Source: Nemertoderma westbladi (lineage: Eukaryota > Animalia > Xenacoelomorpha). From it: 47,372 bases of DNA. The position numbers and the translations under genes are program-made. The notes below the pieces were generated by a model. It ran no database searches and had not been told where the DNA came from. It saw only the letters and a list, made by a program, of their open reading frames with translations. The stretch is taken from assembly GCA_032718475.1 (NCBI GenBank), contig JAUCBJ010001278.1, positions 1 through 47,372 on the forward strand, read 5' to 3'. Positions within the stretch are counted from its first letter, which is position 1, and each line of letters starts with the position of its first letter. This document shows, in pieces, positions 23,398 to 34,898 of the stretch.

Positions 23398-26049
23398 TTA
23401 TGGTGTATCGGTGGAGATTTTAAACGGGTTGGTTTCTCTCCGTTGGGTTGTCCGGGTTCCTTTGAAAACGTGGTTCGTTTCTCCTCTTCGCTTGGCTTCG
23501 ATCCGAAAGGGGAGGGTAGTGAAGTCGAAGTTCGCGGGGATGTGGAGGAGCGTGTGATGACGTAGGTCGTTACAAACCGCACAACACGACCTTTGGTCGC
23601 AATCCCGAACGTAGTGACCTGTTCCAAGACACCGGAAGCATCCTCGGTGTTTCATAATTGCCTCGAAGCGTGGGACGAGTTCAGCAAACTGTAACTTTCC
23701 GCAGAATTCCAACTTATGTTTCTCTCCGCAGAAGAGACATATAGGGGAGGCTGTGGTGCCTTCCCTTTCGGGTGCCCAATTCGCTAGGTAGCATGCCCAT
23801 TCTTCTGCTAAGGTCGGTTCCTCGTAATCCTCGTCATCCGAGTCCTCAGCCATACTGACGGCCATCGCACTCACAGGAGTAGGGCGGAATCTTGGGTTTG
23901 GAGTGGGTGCCCTGCTCTGGTAATTGCTCTCCATTGCGTCCAACTTGGCGAGACTCTGTTTCGAGAACATCGAGTCATTCATGGCTTCGGAGATATCGTC
24001 CAGGAATGCCGACATTTCGAGGAAGCTGGGATCTCGATCTGGATGTCTGCGCCGGAGATCTACGCATTTATAGGCCCACTTACTTTGCAGCCATTCGGGG
24101 AACTTCTGGGCGATCTGTCGGAGTTTTTAGAATGTTGTTCACCTGGTCCTCCTTATTTAAGGGTTTCAGAGTGTAGTAGGCATCCTTCATGGAATCTGAG
24201 AATTCCTGGAGGTTCTGTGGGTCCCCTAGTGATCCTGCGTCTTGTATCAGTTTCTCTAGAGTTTTATTAATTATAGTCCCGGTATTTCCATATCTTTTGT
24301 CTAGAGTTTTCCATGCATCGTAGTATGCTTCATGAGAACCTCCCTCAAAACAAGCGATGATTCGGCGTGGTTTGTCACCCAGGTATTGCGATAAATATAC
24401 CAGTTTCTGTGCGTCGGCTATGTCCGTTGATCCAATCTGCGCAAAGAACCGTTTCTTGAATCTGAGGTAATCGACGGGATCTCCTTCGAAGGTGCGGATC
24501 TCCATCTTGGGCATGGAGAGGCGGTTTTCCAATGCCCGGATAATGCCGATGTTGTCCAAACTGGAGTGGTTCGGAGGGTTATAGTTATTGGCACTCTCTC
24601 CCATACTCGATGGATCAATGGTAGGTAGAGTTTTAATGATGACGCGACTACGGGTTTGTGGTGTGGATGTAAACGGGTTGTTGGATCGAGGAATGGCGTC
24701 CCATTCCGAGTCCCTTTCAGGCTCGTACTTGGGTACACTCGTTGCTGTGGGGTTGGATGGGAAATACGGTTCCTCATTTTTAAGTGTAACCGGTGGGGGA
24801 TGGAACACCGGTGCTTGTGCCGATAACGTAGACTGTATGGTAGGCGGGATCTCGGGTTTCGGAAGTTTCGCCGCTGTTGGTGTAAATGACTTCTCTAATT
24901 CCGGTACCGGGATTGGTTCATATTCCTGATCTATATCCCTTTCCCAGTCCTCGTAGAGTTGAATATCTCGTTCTATAAGTGCGGCTTCGTACTCCGCGAG
25001 TTTCGCGATATCCGCATTCTTTTTGTGTATGAGAATCGCTTGGGCCTCGGCGTGTTGTTTACGCATTTCAGCTTCCCATTTACGTTGTTCGATCTCTTGT
25101 TTGGCCTGCTCGTTCACGTTGTTTAGCCTCCTGTCTACGTTGTTCGGCCCGTCGTTCGTCCTCTCGTTCACGTCGTTCGGCTTCCTGTTTGGCCTCTCGT
25201 TCATGTCGCTCGGCTTCCTGTTTGGCCTCTCGTTCACGTTGTTCGGCTTCCTGTTTGGCCTCTCGTTCACGTCGTTCGGCTTCCTGTTTGGCCTCTCGTT
25301 CACGTTGTTCGGCTTCCTGTCTATGTTGTTCGGCCCGTCGTTCGTCCTCTCGTTCACGTTGTTCAGCCTCCTGTCTATGTTGTTTGGCCCGCCGTTCGAC
25401 CTCTTGTTCGGCCTCCCGTTTTTGCATTTCGGCGGCTAATATGTCTTGCTCGGTTTGCAGTTGAACGTACTCATCTTCCATCTGGGCTTTGAGGGCTAAT
25501 GCCTTCTGTTCTCGTAGCTGATCTCGGAGTGGCGGCCCCCCTTGAGAACTGCGCGCTGAGCCGGATATCTCGCTCCTAGCGCTGGAGCGCTGGTGTCTTG
25601 AGGACCCCGTTCTCTTTCGATGAATTGTGGTCCTGGTGTTGGAGGTTCGCACCGATTCTGCGATTCCGATTGTAGTACTGTTCTTCGTAGCCTCTCACGA
25701 GGCTAAGGGTCCTCCGGTGTTGTTTGCGGAATTCGTCTAGGCGTGCAACGTGTTCTTCCAATTTGGGATAATTTACCTGGTCGGTGGCGGGGATGAGTTC
25801 TTGGTACGCCTGTATCATTCTCTCATATCTTTGTAATATAGTTCGGATGCTCTGAAGCTGAGTTTGTATTTCGTTGAGGGGGGTTTCGACTCCCTTGAGT
25901 TGTTTCTCTATACGTTGATACGCTCGAGTGACTCCGCCTTTGAGAGCACCTAGTCCACGAGCCATGTTCTTGATGTTCGGTACCTTGTCGGTTTCCGAGT
26001 CTGTGTGGTGATCCATCTCATCGGTATCTGATACGTTATTTGTCGTCAT
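23398..26049 (-). pseudogene. Bel/Pao gag, frameshifted over four frames
   Basis: Helical N-terminus, E/R/Q coiled-coil tandem repeats (25100-25410), PKMEIRTFEGDPVDYLRF..KLVYLSQYL..AWKTLDKRYG, knuckles CLFCGEKH, CFRCLGTGH, CAVCNDLRHHTLLH. Confidence 0.88.
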
Positions 26050-26470
26050 TGTAGCGCCTCGTCAATGGCTAGATATGCGATGTCGTAAAATAGTTCCTCG
26101 TAGGTATTGTACTCAGCCTGGACCACCCGAACGGTAATCCTGAATCGTCCGACGTTCGTTCCTTGTACTTCAACCTCGACGTGCCAGATTCCTGGCTCAA
26201 CTTGGATTATATCAATGGGTGTGATCGATACTTCCATTCCCTGTTAACAACTCTCCAAATATGTGATCTGCCGACTACGAGTTGGTTAGATCGAGTTTGT
26301 TGATTAATTAAACCACGACTTAGTCTTAACTCAAATACCAGAGTTTCCTCGTAGTGGGTGCTAGCAAGCACGTAGAGAGTTTTGAAGAGTATTGTAGGAT
26401 TCTCAACTTCCACCAGTTGAAGTTGGCCGCGTTTTATTCTCAATTTTGACACCCTGTCAAAATTGACCAA
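26046..26470 (-). CDS. Small overlapping upstream ORFs (87 aa and 63 aa) before gag, unknown function
   Basis: The 63-aa ORF has an ATG and its stop overlaps the gag start (ATGA at 26049-26046); protein-like composition. Confidence 0.4.
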
Positions 26471-26484
26471 ATTATTCTCAATTT

Positions 26485-27428
26485 TGTTGCCGTTATCCCG
26501 ACACCAGGGGGGAAAAACGCCGATGCTGGAGGCGGGGCTTTACAGACCACGGAGTCCCGGCCAGTCACCGGATATTGATTGTGGAGAAGGAGGAATTTCT
26601 TAGATGCAGGATTGCGGTTGAGAAAAAGCTGCATTGGTTGGATATATCCTTTAATGTAGTTAATCCTGTTACAATCCCGATTGAGAATAATTTTGGGCTT
26701 CCCCAGTCCTTTGTCTTTCGACCCCGTCGCGTGTCCGTCCCACCCCTCACGAACCCCGAAGGGAAAGATCATCGAGAACCAGTACGGCTTGGCTAAGGGG
26801 TCTGTCGTCGGTTCCCGTCGCAAATCCCTGGTACAAGCAGCCGGCGTTCCGATGTCCTTTTCAGGCTCGTAATAACTGCTGTTGACCAGAGACCGCTAAG
26901 GGCAGTCCTCGTCAAACCCTTCCTCAGTAAGTCGGCCGCCCTTTCGCGTGTCCGTCCCACCCCTCGCGAACCCCGAAGGGATCGGTCATCGAGAACCAGT
27001 ACGGCTTGGCTAAGGGGGCTGTCGTTTCCCGTCGCAAATCCCTGACGCAAGCAGCCGGCGTTCCAATGTCCTTTTCAGGCTCGTAATAACTGCTGTTGGC
27101 CAGGGACCGCTAAGGGCAGTCCTTGTCCTTTAGGCCTGGCGCGTTACCAAATCCACCTCTACAGGCAGCAGGAAGTTGGCCAGGGCCTAATAGTAATCAG
27201 GCTAACCTGAATACTGCTTGAATTTTCCATCCCCCCTGGCCCTTATAAACATGAAATTAGTCCCATACCCTGTAAGTCGCCCCAAAGTTCGCCCATAAAT
27301 CGCCCCCAGTTTATAGAATGTGCCCAAAACCCATGGTCCCGCACCCAGTAATAATATCGGAATAATCATTTTTAATAAATACAAAAAATATTCAACTCGC
27401 GTTATGAAAAGTTGAAATACCGCGAACA
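26485..27428 (-). repeat. 5' LTR (944 bp)
   Basis: TGTT...AACA termini; about 9 substitutions versus the 3' LTR by eye. Confidence 0.93.
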
Positions 27429-29369
27429 GTATGACCTTGTCTTTACTTCTGCAGCAGTGCCCAATGAATCTCAATCTGCGTTCACGGTGGGTGGTTGATA
27501 CAGGTGGTATTGTACCATAAAGCTCGGCGTTTGTCATGTGTTGTCTCCAGCTGATGTTTAGGGATGCCCTTAGTAGTCTTGTGTAGCAACCATCAATTCG
27601 TTGTTCAAGTGATTTAGTCAGTGTCCAGGTCTCACCCCCGTATAAAAATACACTTTCCAATGTGGCTCGAAAGAACTTAGTCTTCAGGTGCCTGGAGAGA
27701 TCTGATTTCCAGATGGTATCCATTTTTAATAGAGCTACACAAGCCTTTGCTTTCCTAACTTCTATGTCCTTTTTGCTACTCTCTATCCATGATGCAATGT
27801 ACTGGAAGTCGTCGACCTTCCTTAGTTGATTATTATCAATGGTTGTCAAGTTTCCATCAACATTAAAGGTCATGAATTCGGTCTTGGTAGCATTTACATG
27901 CAATCCAACCTCCTTAGCAGCCCTCTCCACTTTATTTAGTAGAAGCTGTGCATCTGCTAGCGTATTAGAGAGCAGGGCGATGTCATCCGTAAAGTCGGTG
28001 TCTGTGACTGTAGTTGCCGGATATCTCTACTACTTCTGCGTTCTTGAAGTGTGAATCCCAGATCTTCACCCTTTGAGGCCGTCCCCATTGTACGCAATGA
28101 TGACATTACAATTGACGCAGTACAATTGACGCAAGGTGACGCATTACAATTACAAATAGTAATGGTGATGTAATAGTAATGTCACCTTGCAGTACGCCAG
28201 CAGGATTGAGAAAAACTCAGATTCACCATCTGGTGAGAGTAACTGTGCTTCTGTGTCACAATATAACAATCCAATGCCAGCAACAATTACTTCTGGTATT
28301 CCATAAGCTCTTAGGATTTCAAGCATTTTACCTCGGATGGAGTCGAATGCCTTCTTGAAGTCCACAAAAGTCATGTCTGCGAGGAGATTCTATGACTTAA
28401 TTCCTTCAATCAGTCGCCGTAGTGCAAGTATCTGAGCTAATGTTGATCAACTTGGTCGAAATCCGTTTTGGCTCTTACGCAGTAGTTTCTCTATGTAAGG
28501 CCTCATCCTACAGTATATAGAATCATTTTATTGTATATTTTGGCAGCTACCACAAGCAGACAGATCCTACGATAGTTTGTTGGTATACCGACCGAGGTCT
28601 CCTTTCTTGGGAAGAGGCTTTAGTTGACCTTTACTCCAAATTGGTGGTTGCTTTTCCCCTTTTAACATCCGGTTGCAAACATTCAGTAATGGTCTGTTTA
28701 GCACTCCTGTTTTCCATACCTCCGCTGGGATTTCATCTAATCCACTCGCTTTATTATTGGACATGCTTTAAATGCTTCTTTGGAGTTAGGCAGGTGTGAA
28801 GTCTCCTGTTTCTATAGGTAGTGTCTTGTCATATATTTTCCTTGTAGGGCTGACCTCGATGTTTGGTGGCTGTCCAAGCAAGTTGCTGAAGTGATTTTTC
28901 CACTTCCCAACACGTTCTTCAGGACTGTCGGCTTTGAGGCGCCCCTTTGCACAACTTTTCCGACCAGATACCTCATTTACAGTTTACCAGGTAAGTCTTG
29001 ATTGTTGCTGTATGTGAGCAGTTGTAATTGCTTCAATTTTATTCTGTATGTACTTTTCCTGGCTGATGTTGTAGGCCAATTTAAGATCGTCCTTAGCTTT
29101 CTCAACCTTGTTAATGTTTTCAGTTGTTCGGTTTTTACTTTGTAGGCTATCTTAAGATCTTCTCTCTTACAACTAACCTCAGAGTTTTACCATGACACAT
29201 ACTGTTTTCGTTTGGGTGTCTGTGGGATATGCCTCTTAGCTGATTCCTTGTGGGCTTTTATTGTATTCTGGTATATTGAATCGGTGGAATATATTGAATC
29301 CATTGACTGGAGTGCTTCAAAGCGGTTTTGAACTTCTACTGTGTAAGCATCCTTTACCATTTACCTTTA
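27429..29369 (-). mobile_element. 5'-truncated RTE LINE body (RT region), decayed
   Basis: KASGLDEIP, LPKKGDL, VDFKKAFDSI, FTDDIALLS, ESVFLYGGETW; continues exactly into 14010-13818. Confidence 0.92.
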
Positions 29370-31857
29370 ATTCCCATGTAGATAATGAAATGTTCTATAA
29401 AGTACCAATTTATATATCTTTATTCCCATGTAGATAATGAAATGTTCTAGAAAGTACCAATTTAATTTATATATCTTTATTCCCATGTAGATAATGAAAT
29501 TTTCTATAAAGTACCAATTTATATATCTTTATTCCCATGTAGATAATGAAATGTTCTAGAAAGTACCAATTTATATATCTTTATTCCCATGTTGATAATG
29601 ATATGTTCTAGAAAGTACCAATTTATATATCTTTATTCCCATGTAGATAATGAAATGTTCTAGAAAGTACCAATTTAATTTATATATCTTTATTCCCATG
29701 TAGATAATGAAATTTTCTATAAAGTACCAATTTATATATCTTTATTCCCATGTAGATAATGAAATGTTCTAGAAAGTACCAATTTATATATCTTTATTCT
29801 CATGTTGATAATGAAATGTTCTATAAAGTACCAATTTATATATCTTTATTCCCATGTTGATAATGAAATGTTCTATAAAGTACCAATTTATATATCTTTA
29901 TTCCCATGTAGATAATGAAATGTTCTAGAAAGTACCAATTTAATTTATATATCTTTATTCCCATGTAGATAATGAAATTTTCTATAAAGTACCAATTTAT
30001 ATATCTTTATTCCCATGTAGATAATGAAATGTTCTAGAAAGTACCAATTTATATATCTTTATTCCCATGTTGATAATGATATGTTCTAGAAAGTACCAAT
30101 TTATATATCTTTATTCCCATGTAGATAATGAAATGTTCTAGAAAGTACCAATTTAATTTATATATCTTTATTCCCATGTAGATAATGAAATTTTCTATAA
30201 AGTACCAATTTATATATCTTTATTCCCATGTAGATAATGAAATGTTCTAGAAAGTACCAATTTATATATCTTTATTCTCATGTTGATAATGAAATGTTCT
30301 ATAAAGTACCAATTTATATATCTTTATTCCCATGTTGATAATGATATGTTCTAGAAAGTACCAATTTATATATCTTTATTCCCATGTAGATAATGAAATG
30401 TTCTAGAAAGTACCAATTTAATTTATATATCTTTATTCCCATGTAGATAATGAAATTTTCTATAAAGTACCAATTTATATATCTTTATTCCCATGTAGAT
30501 AATGAAATGTTCTATAAAGTACCAATTTATATATCTTTATTCCCATGTAGGTAATGAAATGTTCTATAAAGTACCAATTTAAATTTCTTTATTCCCATGT
30601 TGATAATGAAATGTTCTATAAAGTACCAATATATATATATCTTTATTCCCATGTAGATAATGAAATGTTCTATAAAGTACCAATTTAAATTTCTTTATTC
30701 CCATGTAGTCATGTAGATAATGAAATGTTCTATAAAGTACCAATTTATATATCTTGTATTATTCCTATGTAGATAATGAAATGTTCTAGAAAGTACCAAT
30801 TTATATCTTTATTCCCCCACCTGTAGATAATTAAATGTTCTACTATAAAGTACCAATATATATATTTTTATTATTCCCATGTAGATAATAAAATGTTCTA
30901 GAAAGTACCAATTTATATATCTTTATTCCCATGTAGATAATGAAATGTTCTAGAAAGTACCAATTTATATATCTTTATTCCCATGTAGATAATGAAATGT
31001 TCTAGAAAGTACCAATTTATATATCTTTATTCCCATGTAGTCATGTAGATAATGAAATGTTCTTTAAAGTACCAATTTATATATCTTTATTCCCATGTAG
31101 GTAGATAATTAAATATTCTAGAAAGTACCAATTTACATCTTTATTCCCCCATCTGTAGATAAGGAAATGTTCTAGAAAGTACCAATTTATATTTCTTTAT
31201 TCCCATGTAGATAATGAAATGTTCTAGAAAGTACCAATTTATATATATATCTTTATTCCCATGTAGATAATGAAATGTTCTATAAAGTACCAATATATAT
31301 ATCTTTATTCCCATGTAGATAATGAAATGTTCTATAAAGTACCAATTATATATCTTTATTCCCATGTTGATAATGAAATGTTCTATAAAGTACCAATATA
31401 TATATCTTTAGTCCCATGTAGATAATGAAATGTTCTATATAAAGTACCATTTTATATATATATCTTTATTCCCATGTTGATAATGAAATGTTCTATAAAG
31501 TACCAATATATATATCTTTAGTCCCATGTAGATAATGAAATGTTCTAGAAAGTACCAATTTATATATATATCTTTATTCCCATGTTGATAATGAAATGTT
31601 CTATAAAGTACCAATATATATATCTTTATTCCCATGTTGATAATGAAATGTTCTATAAAGTACCAATATATATATCTTTAGTCCCATGTAGATAATGAAA
31701 TGTTCTATAAAGTACCAATTATATATCTTTATTCCCATGTTGATAATGAAATGTTCTATAAAGTACCAATATATATATATGTATTCCCATGTTGATAATG
31801 AAATGTTCTATAAAGTACCAATTTATATACCTTTATTCCCCCTCCTGTAGATAATGA
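29370..31857 (+). repeat. 52-bp tandem satellite (~46 units) abutting ABRACL exon 2
   Basis: Unit ctttattcccatgtagataatgaaatgttcta(g/t)aaagtaccaatttatatat. Confidence 0.97.
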
Positions 31858-32041
31858 TGGCAATATGAGTGTTGCTTTTGGGGTACTTTTTAGTGACGAT
31901 AAATGCGCTAATATATTTGAGGCTTTAGTTGGAACTCTGAGAGCTGCTAAACGGAAGAAGATAGTAAGTTACGATGGAGAACTGCTGTTACAAGGAGTTC
32001 ATGACAAAGTTAACATTACTTTACTAAAAGATTCGTTGTGA
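31851..32041 (+). CDS. ABRACL: Costars family protein (ABRACL), coding exon 2
   Basis: Acceptor ttattccccctcctgtAG at 31850. In phase with exon 1 it reads NNDGNMSVAFGVLFSDDKCANIFEALVGTLRAAKRKKIVSYDGELLLQGVHDKVNITLLKDSL*, the Costars signature. Joined CDS 252 nt, 83 aa; intron 6680-31850. Confidence 0.95.
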
Positions 32042-32072
32042 CCGCGGTCTACTGTTTGTTGAGTATACAGTA

Positions 32073-34038
32073 GGACACAGAAATTGACATATTCTGCGCA
32101 AACTTCGCTATTTCCGCAAAATGCGAAATCTTAAACAAATTATCATTATTTTGTATTCAGGTGGGATGGGGGGGGGGGGGGTTATCAGCTGTTACACAAA
32201 TAACAGCTGATTACTCCCAAAAATTTAACTGCACTCTGTTCTATTGACTTTCGTTTATTGTTTTGGTTAGAATAACGTGCCACTGTTATCTGTTCCTTTC
32301 TCTAAATTGGTAATTTAACATTGAGGCGAAATGCTAATTCTCGGAGATGGGATTTTGGTCAAGTCCCCCCCCCCCCCCCCCCTGTCTATGTTTTAGAACA
32401 TTTTATTTATTATTTCAATTATTTAAACGATTTTTATCTAAAATAAAAATAATGTTCTAGGACATTTTCTTTTTTGTCGGAAGAGAAATGTTATTTCAAG
32501 GTGTTTCAGTAGGCCTACATTTTTTCACAAGCCAGTTTTTTATGATATTCTAATTCAGTGGTGTTATAAAACATAGTTTAGTATTTAATTATTACTTTTT
32601 GCTCGAATATACCACAAAATCGAGAGAAAAACGAGTGCATTTTTTTCCCGGCAAAAAATGTAAAATAAGAAAATCTGAAAATATTTTAGGTTTAATTTCT
32701 TAAATTTTATTACTTAAGTTACATATGTTGAAAGAGCGCCGAAATAGAAAAGGTTTGCACTTAATTGCACAAAATCGGGAGAAAAGGTTTCAATTTTTTC
32801 CCTAGGGAAAAACGTAACCCATATATATGATTTCATTGATTTTTACATTTTTCCTGGCGAAAAAAGTACAGCAACGACGTAGAATAGGTTTGCATTGAAA
32901 GTAATTTGAGCAAAATCCACTCACACACTCAATCCACTCCCACAATACACACTTGCAACTTAGTACTGTACTACTACGATCGGCTCGGCATGCTGCATTG
33001 CAGCTGAATTACATATATATATTGCCTATATATTAAGAATGCTGTGCCGGCTTGTCGATAAAATTGCACCCGCCACAACTCCCTATCACCCATGAAATTT
33101 GCTAGATTATCTGCATCTTCAAGGCCAGTGTCCTTAAGAGGCGTCTAAAAAAAAAGCCATGGGCTGTCCACCATGCTTATATTCACTCGTTGAGACTGCC
33201 AAAGCACAAGATTATGCACTGGCTGGTCCTCAAGGTGAATGCAATGTCCTGCAAAGCGGAGGCGGTTCCGTTCAAGTGTCAAGCTAGTGGAGACTAATGG
33301 CACACATTATGTTGTATAGGGTCCTATTGGAGATGTATTCGTTGTACTTGACACAATGAACCCGGCGCAGCATTCTTGTGAAAGTGCCATCCAGAGATTT
33401 GGTATCCTCTGCAGTTAGAGCCCAGCATGGACTCCTTAACTGTCTGCAAGACGTACTCCATAATGGAACTCAATATCCAATATTGGTTTATGTAGATAAG
33501 CGGCTCTCTAGTTACGTAATAAATATTCGAGAACACTAAATTATTTAACATTGAGTAAAGCAGCATCAGGAGTTGAAAAGTACAATAATTAGAAGCGTGC
33601 AGTAGTAAATATGGAAGCATTAAAGTAAAAGTAGCATACCGCAATTCAATTTATTTTGTAACACTACTTCGTTCAATCTTTTATTAAAGAATTGAGCAAC
33701 AAAAATGACCAATTTAAGAATAAAAATACGTATTACATGGGAAAAAAATCATAGAGCTTTTTTGTTTTCAATATTCTCTCGACCCCTTATTAACCTCGCT
33801 GGCGTTCGGTAAATAAAACACCTCGAGAATAGTGAAAAAAAGTTCTATATTTTTTTCCAACTAATAAATATTTATTTAATTTATTTTCGTTGCCATTATG
33901 AGACTTTCGCAACCCAAAATACAGTGCTGTGAACATAACAAATTTTCCAACGTTTGCTAATAATGCGCATTTCGCGAAAATCTTGGGAGAGTGCGACGTT
34001 TAAACTTTGCGCAAAGAAGAAAACAATTTCTGTGTCTA
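32073..34038. mobile_element. Probable non-autonomous TIR element with nested inserts
   Basis: gacacagaaattg at ~32074 and caatttctgtgtc at ~34024; related subterminal tgcgcaaa and tgcg motifs. Confidence 0.55.
33032..33460 (-). mobile_element. RTE 3' fragment (same family as 7085-13260)
   Basis: 33340-33440 is the reverse-complement homolog of 13160-13260; also homologous to 46505-46750. Confidence 0.75.
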
Positions 34039-34718
34039 ATGTGTATGTTCTTAGTCAAAATTTATATTTAATAGGTTCAATTAATTTAATAACTCATTAA
34101 GTTACATTTATTTAAATTTTATTATAATAATTATATATTTATACAGCCTGAACCATAATAGTTCGCTTCGAGACTAGCATAATGATTACCAAAAGGCTTT
34201 TAATAGCATTAATTGGGATCTATGTACACCCAGATAGGATCTATGTTCATCAAAGTCAGGCCTTGCAGGATCTAAGTTCGTTTTACCGTTACGGTTACCT
34301 GTCCCCCCTGTACAGCTGTACCCGGCTGCCCGGTATATAATACGCCATATCAGCATATTATGATAAATAACTATTTACATACCTATTTATGTGTAAAGTA
34401 GCACTTTACAGTGTGATGATCCGAGTGCTATGTTACACGAACGAACGTAGTGAGTGAGTGAAAATAAAGCCACGAGGATCAGAACACTGTAAAATACTGT
34501 ACTTTGCAACATGTAGTTTTATTCCAAAATTGGGCTCTTTCACACTACAGGCGCCACCTTTTACATGGAAAACATAAACATACAGCGTTAATTTTACTTG
34601 GCGTATAAATGGTTGGTTTTTGGGGTGTTTTGTAGGTACCGGCAGCGCGGCAGACCGGTACTGTTGGTATTGGTTTATTTTTTAGGTTAGGTTTTGTTGG
34701 TCTTAGGCACAACCCATA

Positions 34719-34898
34719 ATTAAAGCAGTAATTTAACCCTAAGTCATGAGGCTCTAATCTTTGTAATTTTGTGGAATTTCGAAATTTTGCTATTGGACCG
34801 CAAAGGCCAATAGTAATGTCCGAAATTCCACAAAATTTAATAGATTAGAGCCTCCTTACAGCCTTACTTAGGGTTAGGGTTAAATTACTGCTTTAATT
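34719..34898. repeat. Foldback inverted repeat (MITE-like)
   Basis: attaaagcagtaatttaaccctaa...gaggctctaatct...ttttgtggaatttcg mirrored around ccgcaaagg. Confidence 0.8.

Larger units (their letters stand above)
16370..27428 (-). mobile_element. Bel/Pao LTR retrotransposon, non-autonomous, with extra ORFs
   Basis: Two LTRs, PPT, DUF1759-like gag, three Cys/His knuckles, aspartic protease FLDNGS, DUF5641-like integrase C-terminus; inserted in an RTE with gtatgac present on both sides (14004-14010, 27429-27435). Confidence 0.92.

Noticed and set aside
25100-25357. NERPNRKP repeat N-terminus of the 425-aa ORF
   Set aside because: Out-of-frame reading of the gag E/R/Q coiled-coil repeat; the antisense ORFs here are likewise shadows.
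27202-27930. 242-aa ORF as a real gene
   Set aside because: Chimeric read-through from the RTE C-terminus into the inserted LTR.
29370-31857. CRISPR-like array, or coding ORFs at 31141-31635
   Set aside because: Head-to-tail tandem units with no unique spacers; the ORFs are repeat translations.
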